Below, piece by piece: positions 1 through 9,839 of a stretch of 32,834 nucleotides of DNA. The translations under genes and the position numbers were made by a program. Origin of the DNA: Basidiobolus meristosporus CBS 931.73 (Eukaryota > Fungi > Basidiobolomycota); contig MCFE01000829.1 in NCBI GenBank assembly GCA_002104905.1, forward strand, positions 1 to 32,834. The letters are read 5' to 3'. Below the pieces are notes generated by a model. That model was not told the DNA's origin. It saw nothing but the letters and a program-made list of their open reading frames with translations, and made no database searches. Numbering within the stretch: the first letter of the stretch is position 1; each line of letters starts with the position of its first letter.

Positions 1-360
1 CTACACTTCAGCATGCTTAGTATTGCCCATTTGTAGCTCACTCATTCATCTCCTGATGAAGGAAGACAGATAGTGGTGGTCAAAGAAAAAGAGGACCAGT
101 ATGGGATTGATAACGTAAAAGACACACAAGAGGAGGCTCCATCTATCCTTTGGTATTCACCATGCGCAAGCACTTTTCCATCGTCCTTATGCGTTTAAAT
201 TCCGGTTCAGTCAATGTGGTAAGTGTGTTCATCTCTTCTCCAAAGCCGGGAAATGGTGTGTGGGTTCCAGCCAACCAGAGAAGATGCTCTCTTGTTTGAG
301 CTGCTAATCCATTACATCATGCTGTTAAGCTTACTATTAATACTGTCATCAAACACAACT
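1..360. repeat. Upstream flank of the array unit, diverged copy of ~2737-3200
   Basis: Shared motifs TACACTTCAGC, CATTTGTAGC.CACTCATTCATCTCCT, GGGATTGATAACGTAAAAGA and CACCATGCGCAAG. The A1-to-A2 start offset is 2823 nt. Confidence 0.8.
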
Positions 361-692
361 CTAAATCATGCAAAATAAAGGCCGATTTTTGCGGCACTCT
401 TTGGAGGCTCTCGCTACTTTTCTACCCATTTCCGGTTATGAGAGAAGTACCTACCACTTTCATGAAACACAGTATAGGCATCTTTATACCATGACTAGCA
501 TTGTTTATTGCGGTAGAAGGCAAACAGAAATCGAGTATTTATACTTCAGCTGCGGTGGTTGCCTCCGAAATATACTACATCATTTGACTGAAGCTTCCTA
601 GATGCGATATCTATAAGCCTCCGTCTTGTCCAAATGCTGTATCTGTATATAAAGGCTGGTGCTGAGCTTTATTAGAGTATTCGACTTTCACA

Positions 693-1129
693 ATGTACAA
701 ACAACTTACCGCAGCTTGTGCTCTATTAACGGTCGTCAGTGCCTTTGGAAGTCCCGTGGATGTGTCCAGCACAAATGTAGCGAGCGCATCCATCTCCGGT
801 AGGAACAAGTGGTGAAGAAGTTCTCGTCTAACAAGGAGGAGGATGCGCAAAATATTCGGCACTACATCGATGGCATTCTTGGCCAGATGTCAAGAAATGC
901 GTTCGATTGGACCCTCTCGGATAAGCAAGAAGCCGACCAAGGAGTCGAGGAAGAGGAGGGCGATCCTGAAGAGGCCGAGCTATGGGGGAGATACGGCGGA
1001 TATGGGCGGCGGAGGGGCAGATACTGGGGACGAGGACGCTACGGTCGCTACGGTGGTTATGGAGGTCGGTGGGGATATGGACGCTACGGGGGATATGGAG
1101 GGTACGGTGGATGCGACTGGGGTTGCTGA
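693..1129 (+). pseudogene. GY-family precursor copy A1, frameshifted
   Basis: ATG at 693 (MYKQLTAACALL...). It spans 437 nt versus 450 nt in intact copies, a net 13-nt loss near 798-806 giving TGA at 813-815. The rest of the precursor, including CDWGC*, lies in another frame (809-1129). Confidence 0.85.
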
Positions 1130-1265
1130 GTGAACTCCTTAATAACAAGGATCAAGGCTTTCATTCACTCCAACAACACAGCTTGTCTGTGTGCTTGAAT
1201 AAAGTACCGTTGCATTTTATCTATCGTAGTGAATGGCCATGTGATTATGACTCTTATTGAGAGTG

Positions 1266-1546
1266 CTAGCTGGCAGAGGCCCTCACTGCTCCAAAGGTCA
1301 CTTCTTTTCCGTTCTTCGCGATGTGTATCTCGAGTTGTTTGGAGGTAATCGTAGCAATCCTGTTCCTTTTCCTGTTGCAATCTTGCAGGGAAGGGTACAG
1401 GATCGCATTGGCGAAGGTGCTGGGCGGTCCGAAAGTGATGCTTGCGGTATCTACCGGTTCGCAGATCACGTGTTGGCATGAGCCGAGGTTGATATGTGGG
1501 TTAGCAGTACCACGGTTAAGGAGCAGAGAACGGATTTGAATTGCAT
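1266..1546 (-). pseudogene. D-family copy D1, frameshifted after the signal peptide
   Basis: ATG at 1546 reads MQFKSVLCSLTVVLLTHISTSAHANT*. The conserved body (CQHV...YPSLQDCN...KNGKEVTFGAVRASAS*) is in a different frame. Confidence 0.75.
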
Positions 1547-1941
1547 TGTGTGTGTTTCACCGCTGAATTGAATATTGAAGAGGATTGTATAAAGCTATAA
1601 GGAGATAAGCACGGTTGGCAAGGAGAGACAGGCAGAGTTACCATGACAATGAAGGGGAATATTTGATTATTGGAAGAACGGATATGATGCCAATTCATCA
1701 CGCTTACTTCAGTTTCTAGCCAAGAGAGCCCGTGCCTTGCTATTAGTATCACCAAGACGTTGCGGTTGCTACGGAGGATACACTCCATTCACCTTTTGCT
1801 GGATAATCATAATGATACGTAGGCATATTCTAGGCTTTCGTTCACTAGTCTGTTACAGTTGCTCTTTCATTCTGGCTGTGTATATCTAATGGGATGCATT
1901 CTTTGTAACTCCTGACTGAACAATGCGGTTTATTGAGGATG

Positions 1942-2368
1942 CTAGCTGACAGATACTCTTACTGCTCCAACAGTCACTTCTTTTCCGTTCTTCGCGATAT
2001 GTACCTCGAGTTGATTGGATGTTATAGCAGCAATCCTGTTCCTGCGATTGTTACAATCTTGCAGAGAAGGATACAAGATGGCTTGGGCAGAGGTACTGGG
2101 TGATTCAGGGGTGATGCTGGCAGTATCCACCGGTCCAAAGGTCACGCGTTGGCATGAGCCAGCTGAGAATGGTAGTTGTTGTGCAGTATCTTCAGGAGTA
2201 TTCACCAATTCTACATTGTAAGTATTTGGTTAGTAAGGCTCACTGGTTGCGGCTAGTTGAGTTATATACTGATTACATACTTAGTAACGCACTAGAGGAT
2301 TGTGCTGAAGTTGTTGTGCAGGCTAGTAGTGTCATGGTCAAGGAGAAGAAAACGGTACTGAATCGCAT
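1942..2368 (-). CDS. D-family copy D2: intact two-exon 118-aa secreted protein of unknown function
   Basis: Exon 1 is 2368-2281 (MRFSTVFFSLTMTLLACTTTSAQSSSALL). The 70-nt intron 2280-2211 has GTATGT, a CTAAC branch site and TAG. Exon 2 (2210-1942) joins in frame. ACACACAATG start context; two Cys in the mature part. Confidence 0.85.
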
Positions 2369-3075
2369 TGTGTGTGCCTCGGTGTGTGTGCTTCTGTGTG
2401 TACGTCTGATGAACAAGGTGAGCATTGTAAGCGATTTTATAGGAAATTAGCCCGGCTTGTAAGGAGAGACAGGCTGAGCTACCATGATGAAGCGGAACAT
2501 CCTGTACTATTGTATTCACTCCGAAATTTCCAAATTCGCTTTGGGCTAAGCATTTTTTTTAAAAGGAGAAACTATCGAACTCAAGCGAAGCTCCTTGTAT
2601 TGTTCGATTACACTGGGATGACTAGTGTTGGCTTGCATATGTGGCACGGATGCGTTGCCTGCTCACTTCCATTAGTATCGTAACGCCGATTATGGTGAGT
2701 GCGATCTAGGCGTAAATAAAGCGTTGTAGTTTCTGTTACACTTCAGCTTTAAATTTTGAGTACATGCTTAGTATTGAGTGTTACACATAGGTATTACCCA
2801 TTTGTAGCCCACTCATTCATCTCCTAGTGAAGGAATCAGATGGTGGTGATGACTTCTGGTGAAGAACGGCAAATGGTGGTGGTCGAACAAAAAGATGACC
2901 AGTGTGGGATTGATAACGTAAAAGATACACAAGAGTAGGCTCCGTTTATCCTTTGGTGCTCACCATGCGCAAGTACTTTTCCATCGTTCTAATACTTTTT
3001 AATGTGACAAGTGTATCCATCTCTTCTCCAAAGCCAGGAAACGGTGTGTAGGAAAAAGGTGCTCGCACCAGAGAG

Positions 3076-3147
3076 GGCAGGTGACGAGGTCGTTATGGTC
3101 ACTTCGGGGACTATGATGGTCGCTGGGAACTTGGAGGGTTTGCTTGA
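3076..3147 (+). pseudogene. Relic 3' end of a diverged GY paralogue (type C)
   Basis: Reads GR*RGRYGHFGDYDGRWELGGFA*. The same tail occurs at ~7836-7877. Confidence 0.5.
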
Positions 3148-3468
3148 GCTGCTAATTTAATACATCATGCTGTTAAGCTTACTACCAATATTGCGATCAT
3201 CCACAACTCTAAATCATGCAAAATAAATGCCAATTTTTGAGGCTCTCTTTTGAGGCTCTCGCTGTTTATCTACCCATTTCCGCTTACGAGATAAACACTT
3301 GCCACTTTCATATAACATAGTATAGAAATCTCTATACCACGACTAGTGTTGTTGTTAACAGAAATCGAGTGTTTGTACTTTGGCTGCGGTGGTTGCCTCC
3401 GAAATATACTACATCATTTGACTGAAGCTTCCTAGATGCGATATCAATCAACCTCCATCTTGTATGTG

Positions 3469-3476
3469 TATATAAA
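3469..3476 (+). promoter_or_regulatory. TATA box TATATAAA of GY type-A genes
   Basis: Starts exactly 47 nt upstream of the ATG in A1 (646), A2 (3469), A3 (5274), A4 (8199) and A5 (12260). TTCACAATG start context. Confidence 0.75.
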
Positions 3477-3515
3477 GACTGGTGCTGAGCTTTATTTGAG
3501 TATTCAACATTCACA

Positions 3516-3965
3516 ATGTACAAACAACTTACCGCAGCTTGTGCTCTACTAATGGTCGTCAGTGCCTTTGGAAGTCCCGTAGATGTGTCAAGCACAAATG
3601 TAGCGAGCGCGTCCATCTCCGATAGGGATCCACAAAGTGGCCAAGTGGTGAAGAGGTTCTCGTCCAACAAGGAAGAGGATGCGCAGAATATTCGACACTA
3701 CATCGATGGCATTCTCGGCCAGATGTCAAGAAATACGTTTGATCAGACCCTCTCGGATAAGCAAGACGCCGACCAAGATGTCGAGGAAGAGGAGGGCAAT
3801 CCTGAAGAGGCCCAGCTATGGGGGAGATACGGTGGATATGGGCGGCGGAGGGGCAGATACTGGGGACGAGGACGCTACGGTCGCTACGGTGGTTATGGAG
3901 GTCGATGGGGATATGGACGCTACGGGGGATATGGAGGGTATGGTGGATGCGACTGGGGTTGCTGA
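3516..3965 (+). CDS. GY-family copy A2: secreted Gly/Tyr/Arg-rich prepropeptide, 149 aa
   Basis: Hydrophobic signal peptide MYKQLTAACALLMVVSAFG, VVKR dibasic site, acidic tract, then WGRYGGYG...GGCDWGC. TATA box upstream and AATAAA at 4022. Confidence 0.93.
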   Translation: MYKQLTAACALLMVVSAFGSPVDVSSTNVASASISDRDPQSGQVVKRFSSNKEEDAQNIRHYIDGILGQMSRNTFDQTLSDKQDADQDVEEEEGNPEEAQLWGRYGGYGRRRGRYWGRGRYGRYGGYGGRWGYGRYGGYGGYGGCDWGC

Positions 3966-4021
3966 ATAATAAGAATCAAGGCTTTCATTCACTCCAACAA
4001 TACAACTTGCCTATTTGCTTG

Positions 4022-4027
4022 AATAAA
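4022..4027 (+). terminator. Putative polyadenylation signal AATAAA of GY genes
   Basis: Also found at 1198, 8752, 11863, 12813 and 15099 downstream of paralogues. Confidence 0.55.
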
Positions 4028-4090
4028 GTACCGTTGCATTTTATCTATTGATAGTGAATGGCCATGTGATTATGACTCTTATTGAGAATG

Positions 4091-4353
4091 CTAGTTGGCA
4101 GAGACTCTCACTGCTCCAACAGTCACTTCTTTTCCGTACTTCGCGATGTATATCTCGAGTTGTTTAGAGGTAATCGTAGCAGTCGTGTTCCTTTTACGGT
4201 TGCAATCTTGCAGGGAAGGGTACAGGATTACTTTGGCGGAGGTGCTGGGTGGACCGGAAGTGATGCTTGTGATATCTACCGGTTCGCAGGTCACGTGTTG
4301 ACATGAGCTGATGTTGACACGGTTAAGGAGCAGAGAAGGGTATTGAATCGCAT
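4091..4353 (-). pseudogene. D-family copy D3, frameshifted
   Basis: Reads MRFNTLLCSLTVSTSAHVNT*. The body frame 4294-4091 is open but out of frame with the ATG. Confidence 0.75.
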
Positions 4354-4745
4354 TGTGTGTGTTTCACCACTGAATTGGATACTGAAGAGGACTGTATAGA
4401 GCTTTAAGGGGATAGGGACGGTAGGCAAGGAGAGATAGGCAGAGTTACCATGGCAATGAAGGGGAATATTTGATCACTCCTGGGTGTATTACCCTTACTT
4501 CAGTTTCTAGCCAAGCGAGCCCGTTCCTTGCTACTAGTAACATAAAAAGGCTTAAATCAAGTGAAGTACGGGCTCTACAATTTTATAGTATGAGTAGCTT
4601 GTTTTAGTGTGCGTGGCTTGAATTTCTATTCGCTGTAAGTGTAAAACCGGATTGAATGCATGCATATATTTGTAGAGTGAAATAACTCATTGAAATCTCT
4701 ATAGTCTTACCGTTAGGCATATGACTGATAGTAGTGGTGAAAGAT

Positions 4746-4772
4746 GATGCCCCGTTGATGCCCCGTTGATGC
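4746..4772. repeat. 11-bp VNTR GATGCCCCGTT, 2.5 copies (3.5 copies at 13411-13448)
   Basis: Read directly from the sequence. Confidence 0.9.
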
Positions 4773-4892
4773 GTAGATAAGCCTTTCATACGAGGATTCT
4801 GTTTCAATATTGTCTGCCTCAAAACACGGATTTTTAAGATTTTTTACCCTGAGCTTTGTGGAGTGTATCATTTGAGCGTTTGTTTAATAACA

Positions 4893-4966
4893 AAGACACT
4901 GACTCTGAAGAGGCCGAGCTTTGGGGTAGATATGGTGGCTATGGAAGGTGGGGGAGCAGATACTGG
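4893..4966 (+). pseudogene. Internal fragment of a type-B GY gene
   Basis: Encodes DTDSEEAELWGRYGGYGRWGSRYW, matching B1/B2. Both ends are missing. Confidence 0.8.
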
Positions 4967-5320
4967 CTAATCTTCCATGAATGCCGTCTATAGCTTTCTT
5001 ATATTCATGTGGTGCTGTCGACCTGGACTGTACGAACCATTTTGCTTTACATTCTGCTTTCTATAGTATCTAATGGTCTGACTACTACTAATATGACGAT
5101 TAATTAGTATATACTATATGGTGACACTATTCTAGAGGCTCTTATTGTATCTTCCTAATGCCTGTAGAATAGATGCAAAATATAATATATCGTTCGTCCG
5201 AAACCCATCAATTTCGCGAAGCTTCCTAGATGTGATGTCTATAAACCTCCGTCTTGGCCAAAAGCTGTCCCTGTATATAAAGGCTGGTGCCGAGCTTTAT
5301 TGGAGTATTCAACATTCACC

Positions 5321-5713
5321 ATGTACAAACAACTTACCGCAGCTTGTGCTCTACTAATGGTCGTCAGTGCCTTTGGAAGTCCCGTAGATGTGTCAAGCAC
5401 AAATCTCCGATAGAAACCCACAAAGCGGCCAAGTGGTGAAGAAGTTCTCGTCCAACAGGGAGGAGGATGCGCAGAATTTTCGACACTACATCGATGGTAT
5501 TCTCAGCCAGATGTCAAGGAATACGTTCGATCGAGCAAGCAAGGCGCCGATCAAGGAGTTGAGGAAGAGGAGGGCAATCCAGAAGAGGCCGAGCTATGGG
5601 GCAGATACTGGGGACGAGGACGTTACGGTTGCTACGGTGGTTATGGAGGTCGATGGAGATATGGACGCTACGGGGGATATGGAGGCTATGGTGGATGCGA
5701 CTGGGGTTGCTGA
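5321..5713 (+). pseudogene. GY copy A3, multiple deletions
   Basis: A 17-nt deletion after ACAAAT gives TAG at 5411-5413. Further deletions include a 30-nt loss of GRYGGYGRRR. Confidence 0.85.
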
Positions 5714-5784
5714 ATAGTAAGAATCAAGGCTTTCATCCACTCCAACAATACAACTTGCCTATGTGCTTGAATAATAGCTTCAAT

Positions 5785-5966
5785 GGTCACTTCTTTTCCG
5801 TTGTTTGGAGGTAATCGCAGCAATCCTGTTCCTTTTCCTGTAGTTATCTTGCGGAGAAGGGTGCAGGATTGCTTTGGCGGAGGTGCTGGGTGGTCACATG
5901 TTGGCATGAGCTGAGGTTGATACGCAGGTTAATGGTTAAGGAGCAGAGAACAGTATTAAATCGCAC
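5785..5966 (-). pseudogene. Degenerate D-family copy downstream of A3
   Basis: Start mutated to GTG. Clear nucleotide homology to D1/D3 with several deletions. Confidence 0.7.
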
Positions 5967-6242
5967 TGTGTGTGTCTCACTGTTGAATTGAATATTAAAG
6001 AAGATTGTATAGAGCTATAAGGGGATAAGCACGGTTGGCAAGGAGAGACAGGTAGAGTTACCATGACAATGAAGGGGAATACTTGATTATTGGAAGAACA
6101 GATATGATGCCAATTCATCACGCTTATTCAAAGTCCTATAGAATATTAACTATATGGTTGGAGAGTGACAACATTGATAACTTTATTATGGGAGGTATTA
6201 TAATAGGGGAGTAGTATATATATGGTAATTATACTCATGTAG

Positions 6243-7319
6243 CTATCTATTCCAGAAGCAGCTAGCCCACGGATCAAATATTTCATCAATAGTGAATATT
6301 TCAAATTCATCTGTTTCAAACTCTTTGCAAAATGAGTTTCGCATATTAGGGTTTTGTGCAAAATATCTGTAAAGATATTGCAAATTCTCAGATTTCATCT
6401 CAGCTAATCGGTTAGCTGAAAATATTGTGGGGTAGGACAAAATACCAGTGCCTAAGAAGTTTGTGATCATATATACTGGCCCAGCCCGGTCCAGAGCCTG
6501 CTTAAAACGGTTATAGTTAAAATGAGGATATTGCTTACGTATTGTAAACCGTAATGCGCGTAGAATGATCTTGCTGGCCCCAAGAGCAGTTCAAATTGTT
6601 GATGGTTGGTGGTTTGTCAGTGTCATTCTTGCAAAGGTACTATAGCAGCTGTAAAGGTTATAGTAAAATGCATTGGATGCTCCGGTGGCTGCTTCTTCCA
6701 TAATTCTGCACTGATGTACATCCTTTGATAACATGCGCAAGAATCCTAATATTGATATTGGCATTTGTTGACTGCCGTAGCCATACACACCAGATTCTTG
6801 TGTTTCTGAAGGTGAGCAGCCAGCATCCTTTGCTAGCTGCTTGGCCAATCTGAACTTTGTTGTGTATTGCTGAATGTCGCAAATGAATTGGGATACCTTT
6901 GGATTCTGAATATTGCTAATATTTCCAGTGTTAAGCTCTGTTGCAGTGGAAAAGGGCGTAATGTTGTAGCTATTTGCTACTTGAATAGAATTCAGCAGTA
7001 AATGGCTAGTTGCATGCTCAAGAAACCTCAAATCATCCTCCATTGAAGTTCCATCGCAATAAACAGTAGTAAATATGCCACCTGATGAAGTTGATGTGAT
7101 CTTGAAGCGATGAAGAATTGCCTTGACGGTTGAGATTATTCTGTGGGCCTCTTGCCAGCTTCTGACCTCCAAGCAGAGCTTTACAGCACTGGCAACTGTA
7201 GGGTGCTCATTGGTCCATTCAAGGAGGGTTTGCATATTCACATAATTGCTTTGTTTTAAGGTGGGGTTTAAATCTCCACCTGGAGACAAAGCAATCAAAG
7301 CTCCGTGCATGGTAAACAA
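6243..7319 (-). CDS. Single-copy gene or young pseudogene of unknown function, probably spliced
   Basis: A 242-codon ORF (7319-6591) and a 75-codon ORF (6470-6243) on the same strand. A candidate intron GTAAGC...TTTAAG at 6538-6501 joins an upstream exon to the 3' ORF. One more splice or frameshift near 6590-6640 is needed and is unresolved. No recognisable domain. Confidence 0.45.
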
Positions 7320-7610
7320 AGAGTTTTATAAACAAGAAGCCATAGACAAGCCAGCAAAAATAAATACACATAAATTTTCAAGTTTAATCTATAATGAGTG
7401 GTAAATTGGCGACTTTGCCAAACTTGAAAAGTCCAATACATGCCTAGGCAGGTGGATAACTGGTTATCATATTGACAGTGTAACCTATAGATTCAATCTA
7501 TATGCGTGTTAATACGCAATCATATTGCAAATAAACTTGTAGAAGTCTATTACCGTTGTGATAGAATATTTGTAAGTTGAAACTTATAGAGGGGTGATTG
7601 CTTCCAAAAT

Positions 7611-7877
7611 ATACAATGGCAATTCCAGTCTGACAAGGAGGAAGATGCGCGTAATATTTGAGGCTTTATTGATGGCCTTCTTGGCCAAATATAAAAGAGT
7701 ACATTCATAAATATTGTCTCTAATTAAGGAGCCTCAGAGGAGGAGGAAAGTGATCCAGAAGCCCAGTTGTGGGGGCGATACAATAGAGAGGCAGGCATTG
7801 GGAATATGGACGCTACAGTGGATTTGGAGGTTTGCGGGGACTATGATGGTTGCTGGGAACTTGGAGGGTTTGCTTGA
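7611..7877 (+). pseudogene. Diverged GY paralogue (type C) with stops and frameshifts
   Basis: Reads QFQSDKEEDARNI*GFIDGLLGQI*...EEEESDPEAQLWGRY, homologous to the A/B pro-region and processing site. Confidence 0.75.
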
Positions 7878-8245
7878 GCTGCTAATTTAATACATCATGC
7901 TGTTAAGCTTACTACCAATATTGCGATCATCCACAACTATAAATCATGCCAAATAAAGGCCAATTTTTGAGGCTCTCTTTTGAGGCTCTCACTGGTTTTC
8001 TACCCATTTCCGTTTATGAGAGAAATACTTGCCGCTTTCATATAACATAGTATAGAAATCTCTATACCACGACTAGTGTTGTTGTTAACAGAAATCGAGT
8101 GTTTGTACTTTGGCTGCGGTGGTTGCCTCCAAAATATACTACATCATTTGACTGAAGCTTCCTAGATGCGATATCAATCAACCTCCATCTTGTATGTGTA
8201 TATAAAGACTGGTGCTGAGCTTTATTTGAGTATTCAACATTCACA

Positions 8246-8695
8246 ATGTACAAACAACTTACCGCAGCTTGTGCTCTACTAATGGCCGTCAATGCCTTTG
8301 GAAGTCCCGTGGATGTGTCAAGCACAAATGTAGCGAGCGCATCCATCTCCGATAGGGATCCACAAAGTGGCCAAGTGGTGAAGAGGTTCTTGTCCAACAA
8401 GGAAAAGGATGCGCAGAATATTCGACACTACATCGATGGCATTCTCGGCCAGATGTCAAGAAATACGTTTGATCAGACCCTCTCGGATAAGCAAGACGCC
8501 GACCAAGATGTCGAGGAAGAGGAGGGCAATCCTGAAGAGGCCCAGCTATGGGGGAGATACGGTGGATATGGGCGGCGGAGGGGCAGATACTGGGGACGAG
8601 GACGCTACGGTCGCTACGGTGGTTATGGAGGTCGGTGGGGATATGGACGCTACGGGGGATATGGAGGGTATGGTGGATGCGACTGGGGTTGCTGA
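8246..8695 (+). CDS. GY-family copy A4, 149-aa prepropeptide
   Basis: Intact and near-identical to A2, with an identical 48-aa C-terminal peptide. Confidence 0.93.
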   Translation: MYKQLTAACALLMAVNAFGSPVDVSSTNVASASISDRDPQSGQVVKRFLSNKEKDAQNIRHYIDGILGQMSRNTFDQTLSDKQDADQDVEEEEGNPEEAQLWGRYGGYGRRRGRYWGRGRYGRYGGYGGRWGYGRYGGYGGYGGCDWGC

Positions 8696-8820
8696 ATAGT
8701 AAGAATCAAGGCTTTCATCCACTCCAACAATACAACTTGCCTATGTGCTTGAATAAAGTACCGTTGCATTTTATCTATTGATAGTGAATGGCCATGTGAT
8801 TATGACTCTTATTGAGAATG

Positions 8821-9101
8821 CTAGTTGGCAGAGACTCTCACTGCTCCAACGGTCACTTCTTTTCCGTACTTCGCGATGTATATCTCGAGTTGTTTAGAGG
8901 TAATCGTAGCAGTCGTGTTCCTTTTACGGTTGCAATCTTGCAGGGAAGGGTACAGGATTACTTTGGCGGAGGTGCCGGGTGGACCGGAAGTGATGCTTGT
9001 GATATCTACCGGTTTGCAGGTCACGTGTCGACATGAGCTGATGTCGACACGCGGGTTAGCAGTGCCACGGTTAAGGAGCAGAGAAGGGTATTGAATCGCA
9101 T
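8821..9101 (-). pseudogene. D-family copy D4, frameshifted
   Basis: Reads MRFNTLLCSLTVALLTRVSTSAHVDT*. The body frame 9024-8821 is open. Confidence 0.75.
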
Positions 9102-9537
9102 TGTGTGTGTTTCACCACTGAATTGGATACTGAAGAGGACTGTATAGAGCTTTAAGGGGATAGGGACGGTAGGCAAGGAGAGATAGGCAGAGTTACCATG
9201 GCAATGAAGGGGAATATTTGATCACTCCTGGGTGTATTACCCTTACTTCAGTTTCTAGCCAAGCGAGCCCGTTCCTTGCTACTAGTAACATAATAAGGCT
9301 TAAGTCAAGTGAAGTACGGGCGCTACAATTTTATAGTATGAGTAGCTTGTTTTAGTGTGCGTGGCTTGAATTTCTATTCGCTGTAAGTATAAAACCGGAT
9401 CGAATGCATGCATATATATTCGTAGAGTGAAAGAACTCACTGGCTCTTGTGGAAATCTATTCAAAACACGAATCTTTATAGCCTTCCCACTACTGATAGT
9501 GGTGGTGAAAGACACGCCCAGTTGATGTGTAGATAAG

Positions 9538-9735
9538 GTAAAAGGCTTTACCAACTTAGGTATTTATCCCAAGTGAAATGTAAGTATCGGTGCTTAGTGA
9601 AAGGTTCCACGAGGTCGGGGTTCGCGAAGACTTTGCTAAAGACGTGGGGACAAAACCGGGGAGATACGCGATGAGAGACGGGGATTACGTCCTATTGAAC
9701 CTCCATCACTCCCTACCACGGCTGTCCCTCACCGG
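9538..9735. mobile_element. ~198-bp CpG-rich insertion absent from the paralogous spacers
   Basis: Paralogues read TAGATAAG|CCTTTCATACGAGG (~4775 and ~13450); here extra sequence intervenes. Possible GGCTT duplication at 9544 and 9734. No clear terminal inverted repeats. Confidence 0.4.
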
Positions 9736-9839
9736 CTTCCATACGAGGATTCTGATTCAACCTCTCGTCTGCCCCACAGCACGGATAAGATCTTATGACC
9801 ATCTGATCTTTGTGGAGAGTATCTTTTGAGCGTTTGTTC

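Larger units (their letters stand above)
3105..4685. repeat. Recent ~1.6-kb segmental duplication; the other copy is ~7836-9435
   Basis: Near-identical sequence at an offset of ~4730-4750 nt covering the A2/A4 promoter, the GY gene and the D pseudogene. Confidence 0.9.
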
